Assembly: GCA_965198005.1 (NCBI GenBank)
Contig: CBDAOI010000004.1
Location: 1,216,001-1,280,000 of the forward strand
DNA length: 64,000 nt
DNA from: Spirochaetia bacterium
GTDB lineage: Bacteria; Spirochaetota; Spirochaetia; SZUA-6; Bin103
Direction: 5' to 3'
Under the pieces are notes generated by a model that searched no databases, had not been told where the DNA came from, and saw only the letters and a program-made list of their open reading frames with translations. Each line of letters begins with the position of its first letter. Within the stretch, counting starts at the first letter, position 1. Below, one piece after another: positions 9,519 through 19,691 of this stretch. The translations under genes were made by a program, and so were the position numbers.

Positions 9519-10448
9519 CTATCTAATGTGGCGCGCCCGCGCGCGGGGGCCGGAGAAGCGGCCGGCGCCGCCGCGGAGGCGGGGGTCGAGCAGGTCGCGC
9601 ACCGCGTCGCCGAACATGTTGAAGCCGTACACCACAATGGTCAGGAAGATCCCCGGCCACATCGCCAGCCAGGGCGCCACCTGCATGTAGCGGCGCCCCT
9701 CGCGGCTCAGCAGGCCGCCCCAGCTCGGTACGCTCAGCGGCAACCCGAAGCCGAGGAAGCTCAGGGAAGCCTCGGTGATGATCACCGTGCCGATGGTGAT
9801 GCTGAAGATGATGATGATCGGCGGCATCACGTTGGGCAGCACGTGGCGCAGCACGGTGCGCCACACCGGGCTGCCGACGGCCTGCGCGGCCTGGAAGTAG
9901 GCGTTCTCCTTGACGCCGATCACCGCACCCCGGACCACGCGCGAGCTGCCGATACCGTACACCAGCCCCAGCACCACGATCACCTGCAGCGCGCCGGTGC
10001 CCAGGATCGACATCACCGTCATCAGCAGCAGCAGTCCCGGGAACGCCATCCAGGCGTCGACGAATCTCTGCAGCACCAAGTCGAGCCGGCCGCCCACGAA
10101 TCCCGAGAGGCCGCCGACGGCAGTCGCCACCACCACGGCCACCGCGGTCGCCGCGAACCCTACCAGCAGCGACAGGCGAGCGCCGTAGATGTTGCGGCTG
10201 AGGAAGTCACGCCCGGTGTGATCGGTTCCCAGCAGATGTTGGGCGGAGGGACCCTGCAGGCTCCGAGTCACGTCCTGGCGCTGCTCGGGGTCGGGCGCCA
10301 GCAGGTCGGCGAAGATGCTCACCAGCACGAACAGCACGATGATCACCGCGCCGAGCAGCCCCAGCGGCTTCTCCCGGACCAGCCGGCGCAGGAAGTCGGC
10401 GAAGGGGCTGCGCCGGCGCCGCTCGTCTTCGTTCTTGAGAACCGTCAC
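9519..10448 (-). CDS. ABC peptide transporter permease (DppC-like)
   Basis: LLGTDHTGRDFLSR, EASLSFLGFG, GDAVRDLLDPR. Confidence 0.93.
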   Translation of the reverse strand: MTVLKNEDERRRRSPFADFLRRLVREKPLGLLGAVIIVLFVLVSIFADLLAPDPEQRQDVTRSLQGPSAQHLLGTDHTGRDFLSRNIYGARLSLLVGFAATAVAVVVATAVGGLSGFVGGRLDLVLQRFVDAWMAFPGLLLLMTVMSILGTGALQVIVVLGLVYGIGSSRVVRGAVIGVKENAYFQAAQAVGSPVWRTVLRHVLPNVMPPIIIIFSITIGTVIITEASLSFLGFGLPLSVPSWGGLLSREGRRYMQVAPWLAMWPGIFLTIVVYGFNMFGDAVRDLLDPRLRGGAGRFSGPRARARHIR

Positions 10449-11407
10449 TAGTAGCGAATCCTCGGGTCGAGGTAGGCGTACAGCAGGTCGATCAGCAGGT
10501 TGTTGAACAGGATGAAGGTGGCAAAGAACAGGTTGATGCCCGAGACCATCGGGTAGTCACGGATCGACAGCGACGCGACGAGCAGCGACCCCAGTCCGGG
10601 CAGGTTGAACAGCGTCTCGATGATCACCGAGCCACCCACCAGGATCGGCAGCTGCAGCCCGATCAGCGTCACCACCGGGATCAACGCGTTCTTCAGCGCG
10701 TGGCGGACGACCACCATTCGCTCGTGCAGGCCCTTGGCCCAGGCCGTGCGCACGTAGTCCTGGCGCAGCACCTCCAGCAACATGGTGCGCGTCATCCGCA
10801 TGGTGGCGGCAGATAGGCCGGTGCCCAGGATCAGGCCGGGGATGATAAACGCGCCGACGTGGGCCAGCGGAGCCTCGCTGAAGGGAAGCAATCGCAGCGG
10901 CGGCGTCCAGCCCCACCAAACGCCGGGAAAGATCAGCACCATGAGGCCCAGCCAGAAGTTGGGCGTGGCCAGCCCGAAGATGGCGACGCTGCGGCCCGCG
11001 TAGTCGCCTACGCTGTCCTGGCGCACCGCCGAGTAGATGCCGACCGGCAGCGCGATCACCAGGCCGATGAGCAGCGCCGCCGCCCCCAGCTCCAGGGTGA
11101 CGGGCACTCTCGCAAGGATCTTCTCCTCCGCGGGTTTGAGGCCCGGGCGCACGGACTGACCGAGCGTACCGCGCAACAGGATCCCCGACATCCAGCGCAC
11201 GTACGCCAGGTGCGCGGGGACATCCAGTCCCAGCATCTCGCGCAGCCGCTCCTTGTCGGCCTGGGTGCCGCCGCCCAGATTAGGGTCGCTCATTATGATG
11301 TCGGCGTAGTCGCCGGGGAGCAGGCGCACGGAAAAGAACACCAGCGTGCTCAGGATGAACAGCGTCGGGATGAACAGCAGCAGCCGCCGGATGACGTAGG
11401 TGCGCAC
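10448..11407 (-). CDS. ABC peptide transporter permease (DppB-like)
   Basis: VRTYVIRRLL, ATPNFWLG, RDYP, YLDPRIRY; GTG start inferred by homology. Confidence 0.93.
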   Translation of the reverse strand: MRTYVIRRLLLFIPTLFILSTLVFFSVRLLPGDYADIIMSDPNLGGGTQADKERLREMLGLDVPAHLAYVRWMSGILLRGTLGQSVRPGLKPAEEKILARVPVTLELGAAALLIGLVIALPVGIYSAVRQDSVGDYAGRSVAIFGLATPNFWLGLMVLIFPGVWWGWTPPLRLLPFSEAPLAHVGAFIIPGLILGTGLSAATMRMTRTMLLEVLRQDYVRTAWAKGLHERMVVVRHALKNALIPVVTLIGLQLPILVGGSVIIETLFNLPGLGSLLVASLSIRDYPMVSGINLFFATFILFNNLLIDLLYAYLDPRIRY

Positions 11408-11482
11408 GGTAGAAAGCAAGGTCTGGGGCCGCGCAGGCGGGCCCCAGACGCAAACTCCAAAGACGACGAGCTAGCCTGAAAG

Positions 11483-13273
11483 CTAATTCAACTCGGCCTT
11501 GAGCTGACTATCGACCCAAATGCGTGGATAGATCTGGGTCCACTGGCAGGTGCCCAGCCCCATCTCGCCGTCGTAGCCGGCGATCCACTCCTGCGCAACG
11601 TTGAACGTAGCAACCCGCGGACCCCAGAGGTACGTGTGCTGGTCGATCACGTACATGTCGAGCGCCTTCACCCGCCGTCGGTACTCATCGCCAGTGGCAG
11701 CCTGGGCCTCCTCCCACATGGCGTCGAACACCGGGTCGTTCTGGGCGGCGCGGTTGCCCGAGCGGAAGTTGTTCAATTGAATGAGGTGCGCGTAGTCGGC
11801 GCCGATACCCCAGTTGTCACTCATTCCGTCGAAATCAAACGCGGAGCGCCGTGCCGCGAACGTGGCGTTGTCCGGCGCCTCGATCTCGACCTCCACGCCG
11901 ATCTCCTTGAAGTAGCCGGCGACCAACTCCATGTAGCCCACGTCGCCGCGGGTGCCGTTGGTCATGATCGAGGTCGCGAAGCGGACGCCGTCCGCGCCGC
12001 GTGGGTAGCCGGCCTCGTCGAGCAGTCGCTCGGCACCCGCCGAGTCGTAGACCCAGTACTGCTTGATCTCCTGCGGCCAGGTATCGAACGGGTTGTCGAG
12101 GCCGATCAACGCCGGCCCGTTGGGCCCCATCGGCTGCCACTCGCCGAAGCCATGGAAGTAGTTGTCGTTGATGGTCTCGAGGTCGATCGCCATCTGCAGC
12201 GCATGGCGCACCCGGATGTCGCTGAGCGGCGGCTCATCGGTCTTGAACGCCAATGACGTCTCGGATCGGAGCGCGATCGGGAACAGCTGTATGCCCGGAA
12301 CGTCCTTCCGTAGTTGGACCGCGTTGGCGATCGACTTGATCCGCGAGACGCCGGTCTCCCCGCTGATATCGATTTGGCCGGACCGCAGTGCCGCAAGCCT
12401 GGTCGCCTCGTCGCTCATCATGATTTGCACGAGCTTGTCGACGTACGGGAGGCGGTTCCCCGGGTACTTCTCGTCGTCCTTCCAGTAGTTGGAGTTCCTG
12501 TCATAGGTGACCGAAACGCCACTGACGAACTCGTCCATGATATAGGGCCCGGTACCGATGACGTTGTGAGGGTCGTCCAGCAGGTCGAAGATCTCGGGCG
12601 GATAGGCCCGGTTCAGGCAGTCGTCCAACACCGCCGCCGTATGTGCATTCAGCTGCGGCTGCGACAACTTGAACACCAACGTCAACTCGTCGGTGGCCGT
12701 TACCGACTCGAGGGCGGCGAACGGCGCGCCTCCGGTCCCGAAGGGATACGGCGCGGGCTCTTCACCGGCAAACCTGCCGATGCCGTACCGTCGGTCGTAG
12801 TTCGCGGCCAGGTCGTCGGCGGTTAGCTGGCGACCGTTCACCGGCGGCTTGTCGTGAAAGAACACGTTGTCGCGGATCTTGTAGACGTAGGTCAACGGAT
12901 CCGGGTTCTCCCAGCTCTCCGCCAGAGTGGCCGATCAGGACGGTCCTCGGGAAAGTAGACCACCAACTTGTTGACGCTGCGGTCGACTGCCCAGTCCGCC
13001 ATACCCAACCGCTCCACCGCCGGTCCGGCGATGAAACGCCCCTGGGGGACCGAAAAACGCGTCGGCATGCTCAACGTTGAAGTTCAGCAGCGCAGCGGTG
13101 ATGGTGCCGCCATACTCCGGCTTCACTACCTGCTTGCCGGTGGACGGATCGGTCACGTACTCCTTCTCGGCGGCCATTGCCGCGTCGTCGTCTTCGCCGG
13201 CGGGGCCGGCGAACGTAACGGTAGCCACCAGCGCGAACGCCAGTGCCATGAACCAAATGAATCGAAGAGCCAT
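11483..13273 (-). pseudogene. Family-5 SBP with three apparent +1 insertions
   Basis: AGGAGG then ATG 13273 MALRFIWF...PEYGGT. The homologous path switches frame near 13035, 12943 and 12926 before LAESWENPD; 11483-12895 is open. Confidence 0.85.
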
Positions 13274-13558
13274 AGTGCTCCTCCTTGTTTCGGGATCTCG
13301 GGTCTGCGACCCGGAGCCCGGGTTTATTTGCTTGCGCCGGTAACACCGGCTTTTTTGCATGGTGGTGGTGTCGCCCCACGGCGTGCGGCGGACGGCGCCG
13401 AACCGGCGGCCGCACGGGAGTGAGGGGCGCTGGGTGTGGATGTCTACGGGAGCCGCCGCGCTGTCGGCACGGGCGGCGGCGAAGGAACCGAGGGCGCGGC
13501 CAAGTGCGCCGTCAGCGCTGTCTACTAGTCGTAGCCTACGCTGCTTCTGTAGACTTTC

Positions 13559-13572
13559 GGGGGGGGGGGGGG
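13559..13572 (+). repeat. G14 homopolymer
   Basis: 14 consecutive G in the intergenic region between the divergent SBP and Rpn genes. Confidence 0.9.
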
Positions 13573-13918
13573 TACAGGAAGGTACCGGCGGCGTCACCGC
13601 GACCCGGTGCCAGCGCTGGGAAGTGTCGTCACGCATGATCATCCGCATGTTTCCAAAACCCTGAGCATCGCACTATGGCACGGCGCGACAAGCACGTCAA
13701 GTCACCGATTCGGTGGCATCGGCGGAAACAGGGACGGCAGGGACGAACGGGGTGTGACGGGGCGTTGTGCGCTCTGGCTCAGGCCGCGGCCGAGTCGCTG
13801 GAGGCGCACCTGCTCGAACAGCGGGCGCCGGGTCCGGAGCTTTCGCGACGGGACCGGTTCCGACTCGTCCGTGAAGCATCGGCGACCGCGCGCAGTTATC
13901 GGTAGTACGGCAACGCCG

Positions 13919-14983
13919 ATGCTGTACGACGAGAACTACAAACGCCTGTTCGGCTCCAAGCTCATGGTCGAGCACCTGCTGCGCGCCTGCCTCCCCGCTG
14001 ATCTGCTGGCTGCGGCCGACTTCTCCGAATTGAGCGAGCTTGCCACCGAGTACGTCAGCGACGAGCTGCTCAAGCGCCACGGCGACACCGTCTGGCGCCT
14101 GCGGCTGGGCCAGCGCTGGGTGTATCTGCTGGTGCTGCTGGAGTTCCAGTCCGAGGACGACCGCTGGATGGCGCTCCGCATCCATACCTACACCGGCCTG
14201 CTGTACCAGGAACTGGTGCGCAACGAGGCGCCGGAGGTGGCCGCCGGGCGACTGCCGCCGGTGCTGCCGATCGTGCTCTACAACGGGCCCAGGCTGTGGC
14301 TCTCGACGCAGGAGATGGGTGAGTTGATCGCGCCGGCGGGTGCGTGGCTGGCCCGGTTTCAGCCGTCCCAGCGCTACTACCTGCTTGACCTGCGGCGCCT
14401 GGTGCGGGACGATCTACCGCGCCGCAACCTGCTGCGGGCGGTGGCCGGGCTGGAGCAGAGCCGGTCGCTGGCGGACCTGCTGCGGGTGTGGGGGGCGCTG
14501 CAGCCGTGGTTGCGGGACCCGCGGGCGGCGGAGCTGCAACGCGCGTTCGTGGATTGGATACGGCAGATGGCGGAGCGGCTGGCGCCGGCGGGCCTGGCGC
14601 TGCCGCCGGTGCGGACGCTGGAGGAGGTCAGGATGACGTTGGTGGAACGGGTAGCCGAGTGGCCCAAGCAGTGGCTCCGCGAGGGCCGCGAGCAGGGTCT
14701 TGCGGAAGGCCGAGTGGAACAGGGTCGCGAACAGGGTCTGGAACGCGGTCTGGAACTGGAACGCGGTCTGGAACAGGGTATAGAGCAGGGTCTGGACCAG
14801 CAACGGGCGCTCTTGTGCCGGCAGGCGGCGGCGCGCTTCGGGGCCGACACCGCCGCCCGCTTGGCCGCCGTGTTGGCGCCGATCGCCGACCCGGAACGGC
14901 TGGGCGAGATCGGTGACTGGCTGGTGCGCTGCGACACCGCCGCAGAGTTCCTCGCCCGCCTCGATCCCGCCTCGCCATCCTGA
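13919..14983 (+). CDS. Rpn/YhgA-like PD-(D/E)XK nuclease (recombination-promoting nuclease family)
   Basis: YDENYKRLF, RHGDTVWR, LLEFQS, LPPVLPIVLYNG; C-terminal (E/R)QGL-type repeats at about 14680-14800. Confidence 0.92.
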   Translation: MLYDENYKRLFGSKLMVEHLLRACLPADLLAAADFSELSELATEYVSDELLKRHGDTVWRLRLGQRWVYLLVLLEFQSEDDRWMALRIHTYTGLLYQELVRNEAPEVAAGRLPPVLPIVLYNGPRLWLSTQEMGELIAPAGAWLARFQPSQRYYLLDLRRLVRDDLPRRNLLRAVAGLEQSRSLADLLRVWGALQPWLRDPRAAELQRAFVDWIRQMAERLAPAGLALPPVRTLEEVRMTLVERVAEWPKQWLREGREQGLAEGRVEQGREQGLERGLELERGLEQGIEQGLDQQRALLCRQAAARFGADTAARLAAVLAPIADPERLGEIGDWLVRCDTAAEFLARLDPASPS

Positions 14984-14997
14984 CGTGCGGAGTGGCT

Positions 14998-15372
14998 GAT
15001 CACTTGTAGCGCACCGGTACCCAGAATCGACATGATTGTCATGAGCAGGAGCAGTCCCGGAAAGGCCATCCAGGCATCGACGAATCTCTGCGTCAGCAGG
15101 TCGAGTCGGCCACCGACGAACCCCGACAGCCCGCCGACGGCAGTGGCCACCAGCACCGCCACCGTGGTCGCCGCGAAGCCGACCAGCAGCGACAGGCGAG
15201 CGCCGTAGATGTTGCGGCTCAGGAAGTCGCGTCCCACATGATCGGTTCCCAGGAGATGCTCGGCCGAGAATCCCTGCAGACTCCGGGTTACGTCCTGGGA
15301 CAGCTCCGGATCCGGCGCCAGCACGTCGGCGAAGAGACTGCGCCTGCGCTGCTCGGTGGCGAGGTCCGTCAT
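14998..15372 (-). pseudogene. DppC-like 5' fragment with a 90-bp internal deletion
   Basis: RRRSLFAD|VLAPDP lacks TM1 relative to 9519-10448; truncated after LQVI. Confidence 0.88.
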
Positions 15373-15973
15373 CGATAGCGAATCCTCGGGTCCAGGTAGG
15401 CGTACAGCAGGTCGATCAGCAGGTTGTTGACCAGGATGAAGGTAGCAAAGAAGAGGTTGATGCCCGAGACCATCGGATAGTCACGCAGCGACAGCGACCG
15501 GATGAGCAGCGACCCCAGGCCGGGCAGGTTGAACAGCGTCTCGATGATAACCGAGCCGCCGACCAGGATCGGCAGCTGCAGCCCGATGAGGGTGATCACC
15601 GGGATGAGCGCATTCTTCATCGCGTGGCGGACGACGACCACCCGCTCGCGTAGGCCCTTGGCCCACGCCGTGCGTACGTAGTCCTGCCTTAAGACCTCCA
15701 GCATCATCGTGCGCGTCATCCGCATCGTGGCGGCAGATAGGCCGGTGCCGAGGATGAGGCCTGGGATGATGAACATGCCGATGTGGGCCAGGGGATCCTC
15801 GCTGAAGGGATGCAGCCTGAGCGGCGGCGTCCAGCCCCACCAGATACCGGGAAAGATCAGCACCATGAGGCCCAGCCAGAAGTTGGGGGTGGCCAGTCCG
15901 AAGATGGCGACGGCGTCTCGACGATCAGGTCGTCAGTGGCCGTTACCGACTCGACGGGGATCTTAGAAACCAT
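15369..15973 (-). pseudogene. Collapsed SBP-DppB remnant
   Basis: GAGGAGG + ATG 15973 MVSKI, then SBP internal piece VESVTATDDL, then joined out of frame to the DppB 3' half VAIFGLATPNFW...YLDPRIRYR. Confidence 0.85.
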
Positions 15974-16311
15974 AAAGGTTCCTCCTCGCGGGTCAACACG
16001 TGACCCATTTTTCTTACAGCCGGCAACGCCGGTTGATGTGGACTGGTGGAGGTTGCGGCCGACGGGTCGGCCGTTGGACGCGCGGATGTGTGGCGGGTGT
16101 GCGCCACGCGGACAGATGGTGACGCGCTCAGCACCGGCGCCGCGCGGTCGGCTGGCGCGGAGTTGGCTGAGCGCCTAGCGCCTAGCGGCGCGCGGTTGTC
16201 GGGTTGTCGGGTGCATTAGCGCAAGCCGGTGGCCGGGCTGGCTAGTGCAAGTCCCATACGTTGGCGAGTGTAGCCGGCCGCCCACGTTAGTGCAAGCGCT
16301 TGTCGGTGAGC

Positions 16312-16493
16312 GGGGCTAGCACGCCTCGTCTGGTCCCGCACACCGCCGCCTGTGCACGGACCCTTCGGGTCCTTAGCGCCCGCAGGAGCTGCGCTCCTGC
16401 GGGCGCTAAGGCCGGCGGAGCCGGCCTTAGCGCGTCCTCAGCACGTCCTCAGCTTTGCGCAGCATCAGCGGCGACCGCGAAGTGGCAAGCCCC
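16312..16493. repeat. Palindrome-rich non-coding element (MITE/REP-like)
   Basis: Three overlapping perfect inverted repeats with 3-nt loops (6, 19 and 14 bp stems); 8/9 terminal IR GGGGCTAGC...GCAAGCCCC. Confidence 0.6.
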
Positions 16494-16556
16494 ACGTCTC
16501 TTCGCTTAACGTAATACAGTTGACATGCTGACGGTGTTTGCGTAGTTATTGTCATC

Positions 16557-17717
16557 ATGCAGATCGGCGGCTACATACCGCACGCTCAACTCCCCCATCT
16601 CACACGGCTGGTGCAGCCAGGGAAAGTAGTGGTCATCTACGGTCCCCGCCGAGTCGGCAAGACCACCCTGCTGGAACACTATCTGTCTGCCGTCGACGAG
16701 GACTACCTCTTGGTGCCCGGCGACGACATCTCGGTGCGGGATTTCCTGGAGAGCCAATCGGTTGCCAAGTTGAAGAGTTTCGTGGGTGCTCACACGCTCC
16801 TGGCGCTAGATGAGGCGCAGTATGTGCGCCACATCGGAGCAAACCTCAAGCTGCTTGTGGACCATATGCCGAGCCTCAAGATCATCGCCACCGGATCGTC
16901 GTCGTTCGAGCTCGCGGCGCACACTGGCGAGCCCCTCACCGGGCGCAAGTACACGCTGCTGTTGCTGCCGTTGGCGCAGCAGGAGATCGGGCAGGTGGAG
17001 GCCGCGCACGAAACTCACGCCATGCTCGAGCAGCGCCTCGTCTTCGGCAGCTACCCCGAGGTCGTCTTGATGGCGGACATACGGGAGAAAGAGCGCTACC
17101 TGAAGGAGCTCGTTTCGTCCTACCTGTTCAAGGACATTCTGCAGCTGGAGGATGTCCGAAACGCCGAGAAGCTAAACCGACTGCTTCAGCTCATCGCATT
17201 CCAGGTGGGCAAGGATGTTTCGCTGGCGGAACTGGGCTCACAGCTGGGCATGAGTAAGAACACGGTGGAACGGTATCTGGACCTGCTCGAGAAGGTCTTC
17301 GTCATCCACAGCCGCAGGGGCTTCTCGCGGAACCTACGCAAGGAAATCAGCAAGAGCCGCCGCTACTTCTTCGTGGACAACGGGATCCGCAACGCGCTCA
17401 TCAACAACTTCAATTCCCTCGCCCTGCGGGATGACGTGGGGGCGCTCTGGGAGAACTACCTGATCACCGAGCGGATGAAGTATCACCTCAACCGCGGCGA
17501 CAGCGTGGCAAGCTACTTCTGGCGAACCTACGACCGGCAGGAGATCGATCTCGTCGAAGAGACAGGCGGTAGGCTCTTTGCCTACGAGGCCAAATGGAGG
17601 CGTCCAGGTCGCGCATCGGCCCCCGCCGCCTGGCAGAGGGCGTATCCAGGGGCGACGTATGAGGTGGTGTCGCCGGAGAACTACCTAGCGTTCATCACCG
17701 CCACCAGCGCACCGTAA
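16557..17717 (+). CDS. AAA_14 ATPase with C-terminal DUF4143 / PD-(D/E)XK-like domain
   Basis: GPRRVGKTT, LDEAQ, ATGSSS, EPLTGR, FGSYP, DNGIRN, GALWEN, YFWRT...EIDLV...YEAKW; TTGACA-17 nt-TAGTTA at 16520-16548. Confidence 0.92.
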   Translation: MQIGGYIPHAQLPHLTRLVQPGKVVVIYGPRRVGKTTLLEHYLSAVDEDYLLVPGDDISVRDFLESQSVAKLKSFVGAHTLLALDEAQYVRHIGANLKLLVDHMPSLKIIATGSSSFELAAHTGEPLTGRKYTLLLLPLAQQEIGQVEAAHETHAMLEQRLVFGSYPEVVLMADIREKERYLKELVSSYLFKDILQLEDVRNAEKLNRLLQLIAFQVGKDVSLAELGSQLGMSKNTVERYLDLLEKVFVIHSRRGFSRNLRKEISKSRRYFFVDNGIRNALINNFNSLALRDDVGALWENYLITERMKYHLNRGDSVASYFWRTYDRQEIDLVEETGGRLFAYEAKWRRPGRASAPAAWQRAYPGATYEVVSPENYLAFITATSAP

Positions 17718-17930
17718 GGCGACGGCGTCCTGCGCGCGCACCTCGTCGAGTAGGAGCTCCGGAATCTCGGTCTCCATCTCGGCCAGGCACAACTCCAGCA
17801 CTTCCTTGAGGTTGTTGTGCAACTCATCGAGTGTCTCGCCTTGGGTATGGGCGCCGGGGATACCGGGCACGATGCCAACAGAGAAGCCGGTCTCAGGATC
17901 TCGTCCGATATATGCGGCGATCTTGCTCAT
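17685..17930 (-). CDS. hicB: HicB-like antitoxin (no hicA seen; 3' end may be truncated)
   Basis: RDPETGFSVGIVPGIPGAHTQGETLDELHNNLKEVLELCL. Confidence 0.75.
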   Translation of the reverse strand: MSKIAAYIGRDPETGFSVGIVPGIPGAHTQGETLDELHNNLKEVLELCLAEMETEIPELLLDEVRAQDAVALRCAGGGDER

Positions 17931-18193
17931 CGACTTGGACTCGATCGAGGCCATCGCGTAGGCGCGAGTGGCAACTGCATGGTGCAGCTACGGATCGCGC
18001 CCAGGTCCACATTCAGCCATTCTACGCGTACCATTCCCGCTAGTTCGGCAGCGCGGCCCGACGACAGGCGGCCGAGCTCAAACAGCTTAACCGCCGCCAG
18101 CATGCGCAGTTCGCGGGCGAACAGGCGCTCATCGGTCTTCTCGGCCAAGAGTACGCTCTCGGGAACGTCGATTGCGATCTTGCGGGTTGCCAC
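17927..18193 (-). pseudogene. UPF0175-family antitoxin-like gene with a replaced C-terminus
   Basis: ELRMLAAVKLFELGRLSSGRAAELAGM.RVE; homology is lost afterwards; no PIN partner. Confidence 0.7.
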
Positions 18194-18286
18194 TGCCGTA
18201 TCCCTCTGCCTGAGTATCGCACAGATCGCACCTCCACCGCCGCATCGCTCTAGCTTAGCTTAGTTGTGTTTGGCGCCGGGTGTCGG

Positions 18287-18447
18287 TCAGTTACGCGACG
18301 AGCGCGCTCGTACCGCTTTCTGCAGCGCCTTGCCGCCGTGGGCGCCCATACGCCCCACCCCGCCGCGCAGGCGCGGGTCGAGCAGGTCGCGGACCGCGTC
18401 GCCGAACATGTTGAAGCTGTACACGACGATGGTCAGGAAGATGCCCA
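18287..18447 (-). pseudogene. 3' fragment of a DppC-like permease
   Basis: GIFLTIVVYSFNMFGDAVRDLLDPRLRGG. Confidence 0.85.
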
Positions 18448-19592
18448 CGTACGAAATCAACTTCGCCAACTTCCTGCGCGAGCGCTATCACGTCGGGGAA
18501 TGGTTTCGCGGGTTTCTGGAGTCTCCGCGCGAGTCACAGGGATTCGCGATGGTGTTCTACGTCGTGCTCCTCGGCACGCTCACCGAGCGCCGGCTGTTCT
18601 CGCTGGCGGTGGTGGTGGCGGCGGCGGGAGCGATCGGGGTGGCGCTGATCCCGGCGCGGGAGCTGGCCGACGGGGTTGCGGGCATCGTTCCCGGTCTGCC
18701 GCTGATTCTGTTCGTGATGCTGTACTCGGCCGGGCAGCACCTGGGCATGCTGATCGAAAACGCGATCGCGGTCGACCATGGCGACCTGGCCGGCGCCGGC
18801 AGCCGGCTCGGCCGGATCGGCTTCTGGAAGACGCTGGCGGGGCTGGCCATGGCCGGCTTGGTATGGGGTCTGCGGTCCGTCACCGACCTCGGCTTTACCT
18901 TCTTCTTCCTGCTCGCCGCCGGTCTGTTCCTTGCTTCGCTGACGCTTACCCGGCTGGCGATGCGCGGCCGCCCCGAAGTGCGGATGAAGCGCCGCCGGTT
19001 CGTGGTGGAGCGCAAGTTTCGGCGCTACTACGTGCTGAGCGCGCTGTTCGGGGTACGCAAGCAGGTGTTCCTGACGTTTGCGGTGTGGGTGCTCGTGGTG
19101 ATCTACGAGCAGCCGGTGCAGACCATCGCGTTGTTGTGGGTGGTGACGTCCGTTGCCAACCTGGTGGCGCAGCCGTTGATCGGCCGGCTGATCGACCGGT
19201 ACGGGCCACGCACCGTGCTCACGGTGGACGCGTTGCTGTTGTGCGGGGTGTGCGTGACGTACGGCTATGGCGCGCAGCTCTTTCCGCCGGCCATCGGACT
19301 GATCGTGGTCGGCGTCACCTACGTGCTCGACCACGTTCTGTTTTTCGTGAGCGCTGCGCGTGCGGTGTACGTCGGCGGGTTGAGCGTCAACCGGGACGAA
19401 CTCTCCACCACGCTGTCGATGGGGGTCACCATCGATCACGTCTTCTCCATGACGGTCCCGTTCCTGGGCGGCATCGTGTGGAAGGCGTACGGCTACGAGA
19501 TGGTGTTCCTGCTGGCGGCGGTGGTGACGGTGTTCACCGCGGTCGCCGCGTTCGGCATTCCGCGGCCGGTCCCGCGCCCGCCTTTGGGTTGA
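18448..19592 (+). pseudogene. MFS transporter lacking its native 5' end
   Basis: Hydrophobic helices, GRLIDRYGPR motif; MFS-like sequence begins abruptly where it abuts the opposite-strand DppC fragment. Confidence 0.75.
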
Positions 19593-19691
19593 TGCCCGAC
19601 ACCATCGGGTAGACGGCAGCGGCAGCCCAATTCCCGCCGTTCGCCGCAGATCTCTTTGTTCGCGCGGCGAGCCGGTGTAGGATCGCGTGGG

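Noticed and set aside
13919-14983. Rpn gene as an active transposon
   Set aside because: No terminal repeats or target duplication; the 'putative transposase' label for this family is not supported by demonstrated transposition.
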